A stretch of 20,000 bases of DNA. Source: an uncultured virus (IMG/VR IMGVR_UViG_3300042691_030539) (taxonomy: Duplodnaviria; Heunggongvirae; Uroviricota; Caudoviricetes). The notes under the pieces are model-generated. The model ran no database searches. It worked only from the letters and a program-made list of their open reading frames with translations, and was not told the DNA's origin. The position numbers and the translations under genes were made by a program. This document shows, one piece after another, positions 18,284-20,000 of this stretch (its first letter is position 1; each line of letters opens with the position of its first letter). The DNA lies in the IMG/VR virus record IMGVR_UViG_3300042691_030539, one strand, 5' to 3'.

Positions 18284-19282
18284 ATGTTAAAAAGAATACC
18301 AAAATCAGATATTAGTATTAGGCCATTCAAAGTTTACAAAGAATGGTCTTTTGATGAAACAACCGCATCGGGTTCATCCGTTTTTATTTATAGTGCAAGT
18401 GTTGGCAATGTAGTTAATGATTATGAAATCGCAAGTGTTACAAATCCAAATACAAATCAAACAATATCATACTATCCACATTCCGTTTATGGTCAATTAA
18501 GAGCACAATTTTATAACGGGAACGAAGATAATCCTTTTTTGAGATTTGGTAATAAAACAAACGAATATAATACTGATGCATCGAACAAAGAAAGATTTTT
18601 AGGAAATGATGCAAAGGTTATATCCGTTCCTCAAATTTTAATGGGAGAGGGTATAAAAAAAGGATCGGTATCGTTGGTAAATGGTAGTACAACGTATTTG
18701 GATGATAAATACAGCAATTTAATTCAAAGTGGTAGTACACATAGAATTGGTAATGTATTTTATAGCCAAGGATTAATTGTACTAACAAGTGGATCAAATT
18801 CAATGCTTACATCCAGTTGGGAACTATCTTATAAATCAACTGAAACTATATATGAGCATGAGTATTTATTGATTGTAAATGAAAGTGAGTTCAATATTTC
18901 CACAAACCCATCCGCATATATAGTTGTTGGAAAAGAAACGGAAAGTTTTACGGATTCTGATGGGAAAACATTCACAGTTGTAACTAATCCTGGAGTAAAA
19001 TACATAAGAAAAAAGAGTGTATTAGAAAATGGCCAAATTTTGGATTATAGATACACAGGATCAATTTCATCATCCGTAAGTAATATGTGGATATCCGGGG
19101 GGTTTGAACACTATGATTTGAGTTCTTCGGTTGATTTAACGGGATCATTTCTTACTCCATTTATAACATCAATTGGATTGTATGATGATGATTGTGATTT
19201 GATTGCAATTGCAAAACTTCCAAAACCTATAAAATCCGAACCCGAATTTCCGATGAATTTTATTGTAAGGTTTGATACGTGA
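18284..19282 (+). CDS. Virion baseplate/tail protein, paralog of 16932-18188 (start revised from TTG 18257 to ATG 18284)
   Basis: EYLLIVNESEFNISTNPS...FITSIGLYDDDCDLIAIAKLPKPIK..FIVRFDT. The TTG at 18257 lies in the terminator U-tract, upstream of the promoter motif. Confidence 0.7.
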   Translation: MLKRIPKSDISIRPFKVYKEWSFDETTASGSSVFIYSASVGNVVNDYEIASVTNPNTNQTISYYPHSVYGQLRAQFYNGNEDNPFLRFGNKTNEYNTDASNKERFLGNDAKVISVPQILMGEGIKKGSVSLVNGSTTYLDDKYSNLIQSGSTHRIGNVFYSQGLIVLTSGSNSMLTSSWELSYKSTETIYEHEYLLIVNESEFNISTNPSAYIVVGKETESFTDSDGKTFTVVTNPGVKYIRKKSVLENGQILDYRYTGSISSSVSNMWISGGFEHYDLSSSVDLTGSFLTPFITSIGLYDDDCDLIAIAKLPKPIKSEPEFPMNFIVRFDT

Positions 19283-19305
19283 TTGGGGTTTTATTAAATA
19301 ATCAT

Positions 19306-19314
19306 ATATTTATT
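19306..19314 (+). promoter_or_regulatory. Putative phage late promoter ATATTTATT
   Basis: Recurring motif, 16 nt before ATG 19331. Confidence 0.55.
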
Positions 19315-19330
19315 ATAAAAAAAGAAACTT

Positions 19331-19540
19331 ATGGCAACAATTTTAGACTTATACGCAGCACAACAATCTGCGCTTGGTGTGGATAAAATTTCATACGATG
19401 CAGGGGTTGCTGCAAAAACTCCGTATACTACCAATGATTTAAAAAAAGCAGATGAGCAAGTTTTATCAGCGGCAAAATTAAAAATAGGTAGAGGTGGTGA
19501 ACTTAACGCTAAAAAATATAGCGATAATCCACCAAAATAA
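19331..19540 (+). CDS. Small hypothetical protein (69 aa)
   Basis: Fills the gap on the coding strand, with an A-rich leader, the upstream promoter motif and protein-like composition. Confidence 0.75.
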   Translation: MATILDLYAAQQSALGVDKISYDAGVAAKTPYTTNDLKKADEQVLSAAKLKIGRGGELNAKKYSDNPPK

Positions 19541-19549
19541 TTTATTTTA

Positions 19550-19966
19550 ATGGCAAAAAAAGTTACAAAAAAGAACAACTCTAAATGGGTTGCGAAGAAA
19601 TATGGATTTAAGTCAGGTCTTGAAGAAAACGTTTCCAATCAAATTTCAAATAGGGGATTATCTGTCGAATATGAGTCCGAAGAAGTTCCTTATATTATAC
19701 CTGCTAGCGAACATACTTACCATCCTGATTTTAAGTTACCGAATGGTATCAGGGTAGAAACAAAAGGTAGATTTGTTCTTGCAGACAGGAAAAAACATTT
19801 ATTAGTAAAACAACAACATCCAGAGTTGGATATTCGTTTTGTTTTTACAAATTCCAAAAATAAAATAAACAAAAAATCCAAAACCACATATGCGATGTGG
19901 TGTGAAAAGCATGGATTTAAGTACGCAGATAAAGAAATACCAGAAGAATGGTTTTTAGAACCATAA
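19550..19966 (+). CDS. T7 endonuclease I (gp3)-like Holliday junction resolvase
   Basis: FKSGLEE, VPYIIPASEHTYHPDFKLPNGIRVETKG (PD..ExK catalytic motif), DRKKHLLVKQQHPELDIRFVF and WCEKHGFKYADKEIPEEW closely parallel T7 gp3. Confidence 0.95.
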   Translation: MAKKVTKKNNSKWVAKKYGFKSGLEENVSNQISNRGLSVEYESEEVPYIIPASEHTYHPDFKLPNGIRVETKGRFVLADRKKHLLVKQQHPELDIRFVFTNSKNKINKKSKTTYAMWCEKHGFKYADKEIPEEWFLEP

Positions 19967-19969
19967 AAA

Positions 19970-20000
19970 TTTGGTAATATCAAATATTTGTCGTATGTTT
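19970..20000 (+). promoter_or_regulatory. Bacteroidota-type housekeeping sigma promoter (-33 TTTG, -7 TANNTTTG), truncated by the window edge
   Basis: TTTG at 19970-19973, a 20-nt spacer, then TATGTTT at 19994-20000. The final consensus base lies outside the window. Confidence 0.6.

Noticed and set aside
1423..19983. All minus-strand ORFs in the supplied track (61-173 aa) and the alternative-frame overlaps
   Set aside because: They lie antisense to well-supported plus-strand genes, have shadow-like composition (Ser/Ile/Phe/Leu-rich) and show no recognisable motifs.
1..20000. Stop-codon reassignment (TAG or TGA), as seen in some large and Bacteroidota phages
   Set aside because: Genes are full length and tile the window under the standard code. 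Sixteen end in TAA and one in TGA exactly where its paralog ends. Absence of TAG stops alone is not evidence.
1..20000. CRISPR arrays, tRNAs, introns/inteins, DGR repeats or IS elements
   Set aside because: The largest intergenic gap is under 100 nt, and I saw no nucleotide-level direct repeats, cloverleafs, intein motifs, reverse transcriptase or transposase. A DGR template outside the window cannot be excluded.

Overview
AT-rich (roughly 30% GC by eye), densely packed, all-plus-strand segment of a large tailed phage with a contractile (myovirus, distantly T4-like) tail. The host is probably Bacteroidota: there are no Shine-Dalgarno sequences, and a TTTG-N20-TANNTTT(G) promoter sits at the right edge. 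Gene order: C-terminal part of a probable phage sigma-factor-like protein; an intact CmcH/NodU/TobZ-family carbamoyltransferase; a baseplate module (gp5/gpV-like spike, gp25-like, gp6-like, DNRLRE-like protein, coiled-coil protein, 1804-aa gp7/gpI-like wedge with a LamG-like domain, and three proteins carrying pieces of a P2 gpH/DUF3751-like domain); a 69-aa orphan; and a T7 endonuclease I-like resolvase. A conserved ATATTTAT(A/T) motif precedes most genes that have an intergenic gap (putative late promoter), and five junctions are ATAATG stop/start overlaps. The most intriguing signal is a strong enrichment of [S/T]-[G/A/S]-S tripeptides in a subset of virion proteins next to the carbamoyltransferase, hinting at a phage virion (or DNA) modification system. 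All product calls come from motif recognition without database searches.
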